Origin: an uncultured Clostridia bacterium
GTDB lineage: Bacteria > Bacillota > Clostridia > Christensenellales > UBA1242
Length of the DNA: 64,000 nucleotides
Assembly: GCA_944364445.1 (NCBI GenBank)
Contig: CALVWC010000001.1
Coordinates: forward strand, 1,575-65,574
Direction of reading: 5' to 3'
In this document: in pieces, positions 48,742-58,408 of the stretch
How positions within the stretch are numbered: the first letter of the stretch is position 1
Layout: each line of letters opens with the position of its first letter
Position numbers and translations under genes: made by a program
Notes under the pieces: model-generated
The model's database searches: none
Seen by the model: only the letters and a program-made list of their open reading frames with translations
What the model was told of the DNA's origin: nothing

Positions 48742-51700
48742 TTAAATTTTAGAAATTGAAACTGTCACTTTCTCGCCGTCGAACTCAAACACAAAACTAT
48801 GTGTTCCATTTTTGCCACTTTTAAGTTCATCGCAAAGCGTGCCTTTTTTAATGTCATACTCGTGGTTTAAAAGGATTTTTGTTAAGTTTTCATCTCCGCT
48901 TATTTCAATTTTTATGTGATTAACAACTTCAAAATCGCTTTCCTTTCTAAAGTTTTGAATTTTACTGATAAATTCTTTAACCATACCTTTTTCAATAAGG
49001 TCAGCATTTAGCGTTGTGTCAAGAATAACAGTTATTTCGCCATTTGTTTCGCTGGAAAAACCTTCCTTATTTTTAAGTGAAATTAAAAGGTCATTTTCTG
49101 TTAAAATCACATTTTCACCATTTACAGCAAACGAAATTTCTTTGTTATTTCTAACATTGTTCGCAAGTTCATTAGCATTAGCGGAAGAAAGATAGTTTTT
49201 AATTCCTCCAAGTAATTTTCCATATTTTGGACCAACTGTTCTAAGTTGAGGTTTAATTTCGTATGAAACAAACTCGTCGGCATTATGAAGAATTTCCAAA
49301 TTTTCAACATTAAGTTCATCTTTAATCAAGTTTGTAAGTTCTTCGTTTAAAGTGAGTTCTTCCTTGGTGCAAACAAGCACTTTGGAAAGAGGTTGTCTGT
49401 TTTTCACATTGCTTGCACTTCGGCAGGCTCTGCCAAGAAGGACTATTTCCAAAACTTTATCCATTCCCTCATTCAATGAAGCATCAATCATCTTCTCGTC
49501 AGCCTCAGGAAAGGCACAAAAATGCACGCTTTCAGGAGCATTTTTATCCAAACTTCTAACAAGGTTCTGATAGATTTCTTCGGCAATAAATGGCACAAAC
49601 GGAGCGATAAGTTTCGATAAGTTCACCAAAACTTCATAAAGCGTTTTATATGCTGCTTTCTTGTCTTCGCTTTCCTCACTTCCCCAAAATCTTTCACGCG
49701 AACGCCTAATATACCAATTTGAAAGTTTATCCACAAATTCGCTTATCGCCTTTGCTGGCGTTTGCATATCATATTTATCTAAGTTTTCATCCACAATTTT
49801 AATTAAAGCATTAAAATCGGAAAGAAGCCACTTGTCTAGGAAGGAAAGTTTGCAGTCGGAAAGAGAATATTTTGTTGGGTCGATTTTGTCGATTTCAGCG
49901 TATAGAACATAGAAACAGTAAACATTCCACAGCGTGCCCATAAATTTTCTTTGAAGGTCAATAAGGTTTTCTTCAATGAATGGCAAACCTTGTGCTGGAT
50001 TGCAACTTGAGAAGAAATACCACCTAACACCATCAGCACCATATTTTGAAAGCACATCCCATGGGTCAACGCCGTTTTTCAAACTCTTACTCATTTTTAA
50101 ACCATTCTTATCTAACACAAGTCCAAGCACGTTGCACGCTTTAAATGGTGCTTTTCCAAACACAGCAGTGTTGACAGAAAGAAGAGTATTGAACCAACCT
50201 CTCGTTTGATCAATCGCTTCGCTGATATAGTCTGCACAAAACGCCTTTTCGAAGATGTCTTTGTTTTCAAAAGGATAGTGATATTGTGCAAATGGCATGG
50301 AGCCACTGTCGAACCAACAATCCATAACCTCTGGCGTTCTTCTCATGGTTTTGCCACATTTTGGGCAAGGGAAAGTGATTTTGTCGAGCGTTGGTTTGTG
50401 AAGGTCAAATTCGCCTTGAACACCCGAAAGTTCTCTTAATTCTTTAACGCTTCCCACAACATGAACATGACCATTTTCGCATTTCCAAAATGGAAGTGGC
50501 GTTCCCCAATACCTATTTCTTGAAATGTTCCAATCGATGTTGTTTGCAAGGAAATTTCCCATTCTGCCATTTTTGATGTGGTCTGGTATCCAGTTTATTT
50601 TTTGGTTATTCTTAACAAGCTCGTCGCGAATTGCTGTTGTTTTCACAAACCAAGCATCCTGTGCGTAATATAAAAGCGGACTTTTACATCTCCAGCAATG
50701 AGGATAAGAGTGCTCGATTGGTTGAACTTTGAAAAGTTTACCTTCTCTTTTAAGTTGTTCAATGATTGGTGCATTTGCTTCTTTAACAGGCATCCCCTCA
50801 TATTCTGTTTCCTTGGTCATCTTGCCAGCATCATCCACAAATTGAACAAAAGTTAAACCATATTTCTGCCCCACTTTTGCATCATCTTCACCAAACGCTG
50901 GTGCGATATGAACAATACCAGTGCCGTCGTCAGTGGTCACATAGTCGTCAACTGTGACGATAAAGCCTTTTTTAATATCCTTTGCATAGTTAAAAAGTGG
51001 CTGGTATTTTTGATTTTCAAATTCCTTACCTTTTTTGGTGTAAATCTTCTTATATGTTCCCTCTTCAAACAAGGTTGGAATAAGTTTATCAAGCATAATA
51101 TAATTTTCGCCGTTGCAACTTATTTTTGTGTATTCTTCTTCTGGGTTCATGCAAATGGCAATGTTGGAAGGAAGCGTCCAAGGGGTTGTTGTCCAAACAA
51201 GGAAATATGTGTTATCTTCTTGTAAACTTTTAAATTTCACATATATGGACTTATCCTTAACAATCTTATAGTTATCACCATTTTCAAGTTCCGCTTTCGA
51301 CAAACTTGTTCCACATCTTGGGCAATACGGCACAACTTTGTGCCCTTGATAGATAAGCCCTTTTTTATCCATTTCTTTAAGCGCCCAAAAAACGCTTTCG
51401 ATATAGGAATTTTCATAAGTAATGTATGGATGTTCCATATCCACCCAGTAGCCAATTTTATTTGTTAAATCTTCCCACATAGACTTATATTTCCAAACGG
51501 ACGCCTTGCACAGTTCAATAAACTTGTCGATGCCGTAGTTTTCAATATCCTTTTTGCCATTGAAGCCAAGTTCTTTCTCCACTTCCACTTCAACTGGAAG
51601 CCCGTGCGTGTCCCAACCCGCCTTGCGAAAAATGTAATAGCCTTTCATCGATTTATATCTTGGAATACCATCTTTCATGGCGCGTGTTAAAACATGGCCA

Positions 51701-51870
51701 ATGTGTGGCTTGCCGTTTGCTGTTGGAGGTCCGTCATGTAAAACGAAATTCTTTCCGCTATCCTTATTTAAAGAAAGTGCTTTGTCGATGATGTTGTTTT
51801 CCTTCCAAAATTTCAAGATTTTTTCTTCGTTTCCAACGAAATCCAGTTTTGAATCCACTTTTCTATACAT
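48742..51870 (-). CDS. ileS: Isoleucine--tRNA ligase
   Basis: PPTANGKPHIGH (HIGH) and KMSKS motifs. ATG at 51870 after an AGGAGA RBS. The track start at 51957 runs into the T-box leader. Confidence 0.95.
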   Translation of the reverse strand: MYRKVDSKLDFVGNEEKILKFWKENNIIDKALSLNKDSGKNFVLHDGPPTANGKPHIGHVLTRAMKDGIPRYKSMKGYYIFRKAGWDTHGLPVEVEVEKELGFNGKKDIENYGIDKFIELCKASVWKYKSMWEDLTNKIGYWVDMEHPYITYENSYIESVFWALKEMDKKGLIYQGHKVVPYCPRCGTSLSKAELENGDNYKIVKDKSIYVKFKSLQEDNTYFLVWTTTPWTLPSNIAICMNPEEEYTKISCNGENYIMLDKLIPTLFEEGTYKKIYTKKGKEFENQKYQPLFNYAKDIKKGFIVTVDDYVTTDDGTGIVHIAPAFGEDDAKVGQKYGLTFVQFVDDAGKMTKETEYEGMPVKEANAPIIEQLKREGKLFKVQPIEHSYPHCWRCKSPLLYYAQDAWFVKTTAIRDELVKNNQKINWIPDHIKNGRMGNFLANNIDWNISRNRYWGTPLPFWKCENGHVHVVGSVKELRELSGVQGEFDLHKPTLDKITFPCPKCGKTMRRTPEVMDCWFDSGSMPFAQYHYPFENKDIFEKAFCADYISEAIDQTRGWFNTLLSVNTAVFGKAPFKACNVLGLVLDKNGLKMSKSLKNGVDPWDVLSKYGADGVRWYFFSSCNPAQGLPFIEENLIDLQRKFMGTLWNVYCFYVLYAEIDKIDPTKYSLSDCKLSFLDKWLLSDFNALIKIVDENLDKYDMQTPAKAISEFVDKLSNWYIRRSRERFWGSEESEDKKAAYKTLYEVLVNLSKLIAPFVPFIAEEIYQNLVRSLDKNAPESVHFCAFPEADEKMIDASLNEGMDKVLEIVLLGRACRSASNVKNRQPLSKVLVCTKEELTLNEELTNLIKDELNVENLEILHNADEFVSYEIKPQLRTVGPKYGKLLGGIKNYLSSANANELANNVRNNKEISFAVNGENVILTENDLLISLKNKEGFSSETNGEITVILDTTLNADLIEKGMVKEFISKIQNFRKESDFEVVNHIKIEISGDENLTKILLNHEYDIKKGTLCDELKSGKNGTHSFVFEFDGEKVTVSISKI

Positions 51871-51882
51871 TTTCTTTCTCCT

Positions 51883-52128
51883 AAAAAAAATTCTTAGCAA
51901 AACAAGACTCTTGCTAAGAAAGTTAGAGTTAACCACTTGTTTGCTATGGGCAATCACCCACTTCTTCTATTACGGGAAGTCCCGTCTTAACTTACTTAAT
52001 TTCTGCTAAGAAGCTTGGAAAGTGATAACCTTAAATTCTTCATATTGCCTTGCACCAAACGGCAACTCTCTGAAAATCCAAAGATAAGATGTTGTCTTTC
52101 CTCAAACGCCTTTATGAATTTTAAATTC
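51883..52128 (-). promoter_or_regulatory. T-box leader (Ile specifier) of ileS
   Basis: Read on the minus strand. Stem I has an AGAGAG box, a GGUGCAA distal loop and an AUC-A specifier next to the CUUUCC stem closure. A GUGGGUGAUUGCCC T-box-like segment follows, then a 10-bp terminator (51891-51920) and U8. Confidence 0.8.
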
Positions 52129-52134
52129 ACATAT

Positions 52135-52163
52135 ATTTTAACGAATTTAGAAAAATTTGTCAA
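52135..52163 (-). promoter_or_regulatory. Promoter of the ileS T-box leader
   Basis: On the minus strand: TTGACA (52163-52158), 17 nt, TAAAAT (52140-52135). Confidence 0.75.
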
Positions 52164-52169
52164 TAAATA

Positions 52170-52898
52170 TTAATAATTTTCCAAAATTGTGTTCATTTTG
52201 ATGACATCCGAGCCTGTGATAATACCAAGAGGTTTTTCCTTTGCGCCACCATTTTTGGTCACTAAAATGGCAAGAAGTTTGGAATTGTTATGGAAAAACT
52301 CCAAAGCGTCTTCCACTGTCAATTCTTTATTGGCAAAAATATAATAATTGCTGTTTTCAATTTTGGAAAGCATATCTTCAATTTTAACATTATTTAAAAA
52401 CGAGTCCGCTTTTCCGCCAGAAAGAAGGTGTTTGCCAAAAGAGTCCAGAATTTTTTGCCCATTTGCTATGCCTATAATTTCTCCTTTGTCGTTATAGGCT
52501 GGAATATTGGAATAAGAAGAGGAAGCAATAAGCATAATTGCTTCTTTCATGCTTTGGTCGCTTGAAATTGTTAACACATCACGCCGACAAACAAGTTCAA
52601 GTGCCTTTGGTGGTGCTGTTAACAAACGCTCAATCTTCTCAATTTGCTCCACCACATCAATATGTGGCTCTGCCATAATGTAATCTTCATTTCCATGCAC
52701 GATGGCATTTCTCAGCCTGCCAAAGTCGATGAGGTCATCTTCATATTTTCTGACGATGTAATTTAGTGCCACGCTTTTTCTTATAAGTTCTGAAAAGCCC
52801 ATACTGCGATTTAAGTTATATCTTGTGCGAATGGTGTAATCAATATTATTATACGCTTGAATAAAGCGCCTCGCATTTGAAAGAGTCTTTTTTTCCAT
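52170..52898 (-). CDS. Two-domain protein: N-terminal helical domain with an RNxxxH (HEPN-like) motif plus a C-terminal CBS pair
   Basis: GRLRNAIVHG fits the Rx4-6H HEPN signature. The C-terminal half has two CBS-like repeats (…IPAYNDKGEIIGIANGQKIL… and …LAILVTKNGG…PLGIITGSDVI). AAGGAGA RBS. Confidence 0.6.
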   Translation of the reverse strand: MEKKTLSNARRFIQAYNNIDYTIRTRYNLNRSMGFSELIRKSVALNYIVRKYEDDLIDFGRLRNAIVHGNEDYIMAEPHIDVVEQIEKIERLLTAPPKALELVCRRDVLTISSDQSMKEAIMLIASSSYSNIPAYNDKGEIIGIANGQKILDSFGKHLLSGGKADSFLNNVKIEDMLSKIENSNYYIFANKELTVEDALEFFHNNSKLLAILVTKNGGAKEKPLGIITGSDVIKMNTILENY

Positions 52899-52974
52899 TT
52901 GTTCTCCTTAATTTTCTTATTATACAAAATTTTGCGTAAAAAGGAAAACAAATTCGATAAATATTTCAAAAATT

Positions 52975-53652
52975 TTACATCGAATCGCTTGGTGCAAGGC
53001 TTATGGTGTTGTTTGAACCTAAATAGACATCTGGCACTTCGCCCACAATCACACTTTCCACCACAAGAACTTCGGTTATGGAGTCAACAGTGGAGGAATA
53101 CGCTGGAAGAAGAAGGGAAACTGTGGCATGAAGTTCAATATAAAGAGAATGTATGGTTTGATTGATGCCCGCACTTTGAAAAGAACTTCTAAAAGAAGCA
53201 GTCATCGCACCAATTTGCACAAGCTTGATGTTTATTTTTGGTCCAACTCCCACAAGTGGAGGGATGCCCGAGAATGTGCCAAGTGCAATGTCAATGCCAT
53301 TATCGCCCATACGATCAAGATAAACTTGCGCCACTTGATAAAACCTACGCGTTAAACTGTTCACTAAAACGGTGTCAACTGAGATTAACGATATGTTGCC
53401 ATTACTATCATATGTTGTTTCCACAAGGTCCTCGTAAGTTAAATTTTGTTCTGCAATAACATCATAAACTGCGTCGCTGACAGCGGAAGTGGAAAGAGTG
53501 TAAATTGACGCCCATGTTGCCTCTTTAACCACTGGAATAATGATGCAAAAGATATATAAAATTATCGACAAAAATAAAATGAAAAAAAGGGTTAATGCCA
53601 CAATTCTTCTTCGCTTTTTATGTTTTCTTTGAAGATAACATAGTTTTTCCAT
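52975..53652 (-). CDS. yunB: Sporulation protein YunB
   Basis: N-terminal TM helix, and the pattern DIALGTFSGIPPLVGVGPKINIKLVQIG...GINQT typical of the YunB family. Confidence 0.8.
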   Translation of the reverse strand: MEKLCYLQRKHKKRRRIVALTLFFILFLSIILYIFCIIIPVVKEATWASIYTLSTSAVSDAVYDVIAEQNLTYEDLVETTYDSNGNISLISVDTVLVNSLTRRFYQVAQVYLDRMGDNGIDIALGTFSGIPPLVGVGPKINIKLVQIGAMTASFRSSFQSAGINQTIHSLYIELHATVSLLLPAYSSTVDSITEVLVVESVIVGEVPDVYLGSNNTISLAPSDSM

Positions 53653-53793
53653 TGTAATATTTATATGCTCACATTTTACGGATTTTGCCTATATTTAAAA
53701 CTTTTTGTCGAAGAAAACAATGTGGTATCATAAATATAAAAGTTAACTAAACACAAAATACGGTGTAGTATTCAATGCATACTACACCATATT

Positions 53794-54162
53794 TTATTTC
53801 TTTGTGTGTGAATGGAAAATCAATGCAAAAATGAAAGCAAAAATAATTGCCGCGGCAATTCCTCCTGCTGTTGCCGTTAAGCCTCCAGTAAAAATTCCAA
53901 GAATACCTTGCGATTTCACAGCACCAATCGCGCCTTTTGCTAACGATGCTCCAAAGCCAATTATTGGAACATTTATGCCTGCACCAGCAAAATCGGAAAT
54001 ATAATCAAAAAGCCCTACCGCTTCTAAAAAGACGCCCACAAGCACAAATGTGACAAGAATGCGTGCGGAAGTAATGTTTGTTGTGATGATTAAAAGTTCA
54101 CCAATCATACACACAAAACCGCCTATTAAGAACACCCACAAATAATCTAAAAATATTTCCAT
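53794..54162 (-). CDS. spoVAE: Stage V sporulation protein AE (SpoVAEb-type)
   Basis: LIGGFVCMIGELLI...PIIGFGASLAKG. GAGGTG RBS. Confidence 0.88.
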   Translation of the reverse strand: MEIFLDYLWVFLIGGFVCMIGELLIITTNITSARILVTFVLVGVFLEAVGLFDYISDFAGAGINVPIIGFGASLAKGAIGAVKSQGILGIFTGGLTATAGGIAAAIIFAFIFALIFHSHTKK

Positions 54163-54292
54163 AATCACCTCAAAATAATGACGAAATTTTTAATTGTAAA
54201 TATATTTTAAAAATCTTAAATTGATAAAAAGTTTAAAAAATGCCGTTTTTTTTCACTTTTTTTTGATTTTTTTATGTGTTTTTTTGCAATTT

Positions 54293-55294
54293 TTATTCTT
54301 CATAACTTTCAATCACAATAGCGTGGCATACACCCGGAACACTTTCACCTTGCTGAGTGGCAGTGGTGGAAAGAAGTGCACCTGTTGGCATAAAAAGCAC
54401 TCGCTTATATTGTCCGTCCTGCAATTTTTTCATGATATATGAACTAAACACTGTCGCCGAACAACCACATCCAGATGCACCACACAATGTTTTTTGGTCA
54501 CGCCTAAAATACATTTGCCCGCAGTCACTGTAATTTAACCCCAGTTTAATCCCATTATCTTCCATAAGGTCAATCAGAATTTCACTTCCAAGTTTGCCAA
54601 GGTCACCAGTGGCAATAAGGTCATAATCATCAGGTGTTGTTTTTGTGTTTTCAAAGTGTGCAAGCATAGTCTCCATTGCGGAAGGCGCCATTGCTGCCCC
54701 CATATTGTTGACATCCTTAATTCCCCAGTCGATTACCTTTCCAAAGGTTGCCATTGTCACTCGTGGTCCTTTACCTTTTTGTGACAACACACAACTGCCA
54801 GCACCCGTCACCGTCCATTGCGAAGCAGGAGGACGCTGATTGCCAAGTTCCAGAGGAAAGCGATATTGACGCTCTGCCGTTGAGAAGTGTGAAGCCGTGC
54901 AACACACCACATTTTCAAAATATCCGCCATCCACAAGTGTGGAAGCCACTGCAATACTTTCCGCCATCGTGGAACAAGCGCCATAAACACCAAGATATGG
55001 AAAATCAAAAGCTCGCGCTGCATAAGAGGAAGAAATAATTTGATTTAGCAAATCTCCAGCAACCAAAATGTTGATGTCAGAAACTTTAAGTTTCGCCTTT
55101 TGAATAGCCCCTGTGATTGCTGTCTCAATCATCTTTCTTTCTGCCTTTTCAAAAGTATTTTCACCAAAAAGGTCATTTTTCATAATATAATCAAAATAAT
55201 CTTTAAAGTTTCCTTGCCCCTCTTTTGGACCAACAATAGAATAGGCTCCAATAATTTTTGGCTGATGTTTAAATTTCACAGTATCGTATTTCAT
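54293..55294 (-). CDS. spoVAD: Stage V sporulation protein AD
   Basis: Thiolase-like fold pattern: GVYGACSTMAESIAVAS...HFSTAERQYRFPLELG. Confidence 0.9.
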   Translation of the reverse strand: MKYDTVKFKHQPKIIGAYSIVGPKEGQGNFKDYFDYIMKNDLFGENTFEKAERKMIETAITGAIQKAKLKVSDINILVAGDLLNQIISSSYAARAFDFPYLGVYGACSTMAESIAVASTLVDGGYFENVVCCTASHFSTAERQYRFPLELGNQRPPASQWTVTGAGSCVLSQKGKGPRVTMATFGKVIDWGIKDVNNMGAAMAPSAMETMLAHFENTKTTPDDYDLIATGDLGKLGSEILIDLMEDNGIKLGLNYSDCGQMYFRRDQKTLCGASGCGCSATVFSSYIMKKLQDGQYKRVLFMPTGALLSTTATQQGESVPGVCHAIVIESYEE

Positions 55295-55399
55295 ACTCAC
55301 TCCTAGATATGAATTTGTTTAAAAACACACTTTTTTCACTTTTTTGTTAATTTTAAGTCAATTTTTTTGCGTTTTTTGTTTTTATAATATTTTTAATAA

Positions 55400-55858
55400 T
55401 TAAATAAAAAGATAAACAATGTAATAAATAAGTCCTACCAAAGCACTTGAAATCACACCAAAAACAATAACAGGACCTGCGATTGTGAACATCTTAACAC
55501 AAATTCCATAAATTATTCCCTCGCTTTTAAATTCAACAGACGGACTTGTGATAGAGTTTGAAAACCCTGTGATTGGCACAATCGAACCACCACCAGCAAA
55601 TTTACCTATTTTATCATAAACACCAATGCCAGTTAAGAATGAAGCAATGAAAATGAGAGTGATAAGCGTGTAAGCCCACGCACTTTGTTCTGAAATGTTT
55701 GGTGCGATAAATAAAATTAAGTCGTTAATCCCCTGCCCAATTAAACAAATAACTCCACCCACCCAAAATGAGTTAAAAAGCGAAGGCCAAGGTTTTGTTT
55801 TTGGCACTTTGGCACTGACATATTTGTTATAAGCCTTATTTCTTTCCTTAATATCCAT
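55400..55858 (-). CDS. spoVAC: Stage V sporulation protein AC
   Basis: FNSFWVGGVICLIGQ...GGGSIVPITGFSNS. GGGAGA RBS before the ATG at 55858. Confidence 0.9.
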   Translation of the reverse strand: MDIKERNKAYNKYVSAKVPKTKPWPSLFNSFWVGGVICLIGQGINDLILFIAPNISEQSAWAYTLITLIFIASFLTGIGVYDKIGKFAGGGSIVPITGFSNSITSPSVEFKSEGIIYGICVKMFTIAGPVIVFGVISSALVGLIYYIVYLFI

Positions 55859-55957
55859 ATTTTCTCCCATTATATAAAAGATTTTATCCACTTAAAAAAA
55901 ACTTAAACTATACGAATATTATTTTTTCTTTTGAAGAAACTATCAAAAGGAGGAATT

Positions 55958-57337
55958 ATGAAAGGAAAAATATTTTTAGGAATGTCAGCACTTGTGCTTA
56001 GTTTAGCACTTGCTGGTTGTGGCGGAACCAGTGAGGAAAACGCGGTTAACAACTTGTCTAGTCAACTTGACAAAACCAACAATTCCATTGCAACCGTTCG
56101 AGAGTATTCAGAAACCGACCTTGATTTGACAAAAGAAATGCTTGACAAACTTGCCACAAACGAAAACTGCAAACAAATTCAAAGAAATGTGCAAATTGCT
56201 AAAAATGCACTTATGGCTGAAAATTATTACCGAAACAGTGTGATGAATGAAACAGCAAAAATCAAACATCATCTTTCACGCGGAGATTTAAAACTTGCCA
56301 AAAATCAAGTTTCAGCACTCAAAGATTTATCTGCAAATCTATCAAAATACAATAATAATGTGACTCGTTCCTCAAGCGAATTTAATTCGACATTTAGAAA
56401 TTTCAAAAACTCAAAAAGAAGCGCTCATAAAAATCCAGAAAGAATCAACACGCGTTTAAATAAACTTGCTTGCAATTCCAACGCAAGATGTGCATACTAT
56501 GAAAATCTGTTGAACACTCTTAATCAAGTGGAAGACATACTTGGAATTTACAATAATGAAAAAAACAACAATCAAACAATAAATGAACCTAGCGAAAAAG
56601 AAATAGAAAATGAAAATTCACAAAACTCAACGCAAAATGATAAAATTGAGGAAGAAAACAACAGCGGGCTTATGAAAAATATTGACACATATAAACCTAT
56701 TCAAGACGTGAATAATTCTAATAATGTTAACATTAACAATTTGCCTGCAAACAATAATTTCAATAATATGAATTTTGCAAATAATTATCCTAATAACATT
56801 GCAAACAATCCAAACAACATGATGTATTATCCTGACAATATGATAGGAAGAAGACATGTTTTAAACCCTAACCGCAACACCGACACATATGGTCCAACAA
56901 TAAGAAACATCGACACCTATCGTGCTGATGGAAATTACTATAATAACGGCTTCAACTATGGCTTTAATTCTAATAACTTTAATCGCATGACCATGCCAGT
57001 TGGACCTTTGGAAATGAACAACAATGAAAGCAATATCAACGAAAATAAGCCAACAGAAAATGTGGAAATTGGCAATAACACACAACAAAATTTAAATGAA
57101 AATCTTATTGAAAATGTAAATGGAAATAAAGAAACAATAAAATTAAACGAGGCACAACAAGAAGAAAAATTGGAAGAAAATGTGGAAGGTTTAAAAGATA
57201 TTGCTGAAAAGCGAATTGAAGAGTTTGAAGATGTGTCTAAGGATTTGAAAAACAAAGAAATTAATAAGGACTCATCAATAAAAACCATGGCAAAATCTGA
57301 AAAAGACGACTTAAACAAGAAAACCTCAGCTTATTAA
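55958..57337 (+). CDS. Lipoprotein with a long Asn-rich low-complexity region
   Basis: MKGKIFLGMSALVLSLALAGCGG carries an LAGC lipobox. AAAGGAGG RBS. Central N-rich tracts (NNSNNVNINNLPANNNFNNMNFANNYPNN). Confidence 0.75.
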   Translation: MKGKIFLGMSALVLSLALAGCGGTSEENAVNNLSSQLDKTNNSIATVREYSETDLDLTKEMLDKLATNENCKQIQRNVQIAKNALMAENYYRNSVMNETAKIKHHLSRGDLKLAKNQVSALKDLSANLSKYNNNVTRSSSEFNSTFRNFKNSKRSAHKNPERINTRLNKLACNSNARCAYYENLLNTLNQVEDILGIYNNEKNNNQTINEPSEKEIENENSQNSTQNDKIEEENNSGLMKNIDTYKPIQDVNNSNNVNINNLPANNNFNNMNFANNYPNNIANNPNNMMYYPDNMIGRRHVLNPNRNTDTYGPTIRNIDTYRADGNYYNNGFNYGFNSNNFNRMTMPVGPLEMNNNESNINENKPTENVEIGNNTQQNLNENLIENVNGNKETIKLNEAQQEEKLEENVEGLKDIAEKRIEEFEDVSKDLKNKEINKDSSIKTMAKSEKDDLNKKTSAY

Positions 57338-57465
57338 AAAAACAAAATGCACCTTTTTTACTCCCCCCCCTCCTGCCAAAAAACCTTGTCTACAAAGTTA
57401 TTCCTGTAAACGCATATTGATTTGCAAATAAAATTACTAGTCTATATTTAATAACAATTACAATT

Positions 57466-58404
57466 TCATTCCAAAAAACTTAACTGAAGATCTTTTAAAG
57501 ACTTTACTTCTCTTTCATGAATTTTGTCATCTTTCTCTTTTTCACCAAGCAAAAGTTTAGATGTCTTTATATGCTTTAGGCAATTTGTTTTTACAGATTC
57601 TTTGCTGTAATTAGCATAACAATATACACATCCATGAGAACAAGTATTATATTGCCCTATATCTATACTTTCAACACATCCACAAGATGCTCTTTGGTTT
57701 TTATCTTTGACTGCCTTTATTTTACAATTAATTATTTTAGATATTAAATCGGGGTCAATACAGCATGACCTTTTTATTTCTAAATCAATCAAATCGATAT
57801 CTTCACTGCAGGTTTTTAATTTAATTCTATTTTTATCAGCAATTGGCTTCAATTTTTGTGAGATTTCAACCATTAGGTCACGAGTTATATCTTTAATTGC
57901 TAATTTTAATAAATTATTCTTATTTTTTTCATAAACATCCAAAAAACTAAACACGCAAGTGGTTGTGTAATCTTTTAATTTATTTGCAATATATTCAAAT
58001 CTTTTAATATGCCATTCTAAATTATATTTTGGCGTTATTATGATTGGATCATATCTCCATATAACTCTTTCTTTGCCATATCTTTTAGCCAAATATATAA
58101 AATTATTTAAGCGTTCGTCTAAAGATGGTAGATTTGGTTCCAAATCTTTTTCATAGGCGTTTATTGTATATTGAAAATAAAATTTATATTTGCTTTCAAT
58201 TTCATCTAAATATTTGAACATTGGTTGCGGATTTTTACTCCAAAAAACGATACAGTCCACAACATTAGGCGCCAAACTAATTTGGCTTATGCTATGGTAA
58301 TTCATTGGGTTCCTTACCCAAACAACTTCTTCTCTTAAACGATTGATAAACCAGTCGCTATAAAAAGCAGGTATATCTGTTCTTCGGCTTACACTTAATA
58401 TCAT
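57466..58404 (-). CDS. DUF1848 family protein with a C-terminal CX3CX2C (radical-SAM-type) cysteine motif
   Basis: The N-terminus MILSVSRRTDIPAFYSDWF is the DUF1848 hallmark as I recall it. The C-terminus carries SCGC...NTCSHGCVYCYAN. GAGGT RBS overlaps the end of the upstream gene. Confidence 0.8.
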   Translation of the reverse strand: MILSVSRRTDIPAFYSDWFINRLREEVVWVRNPMNYHSISQISLAPNVVDCIVFWSKNPQPMFKYLDEIESKYKFYFQYTINAYEKDLEPNLPSLDERLNNFIYLAKRYGKERVIWRYDPIIITPKYNLEWHIKRFEYIANKLKDYTTTCVFSFLDVYEKNKNNLLKLAIKDITRDLMVEISQKLKPIADKNRIKLKTCSEDIDLIDLEIKRSCCIDPDLISKIINCKIKAVKDKNQRASCGCVESIDIGQYNTCSHGCVYCYANYSKESVKTNCLKHIKTSKLLLGEKEKDDKIHEREVKSLKDLQLSFLE

Positions 58405-58408
58405 ATTA

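Noticed and set aside
51871-51957. N-terminal extensions in the ORF track (ileS, and also trmD, rpsP, rimP, lepA, rbgA, both CPBP genes and spoVAC)
   Set aside because: The extensions start at non-ATG or unsupported codons, lack an RBS, and run through leaders, promoters or upstream genes. Internal starts with SD sequences match the conserved protein N-termini.
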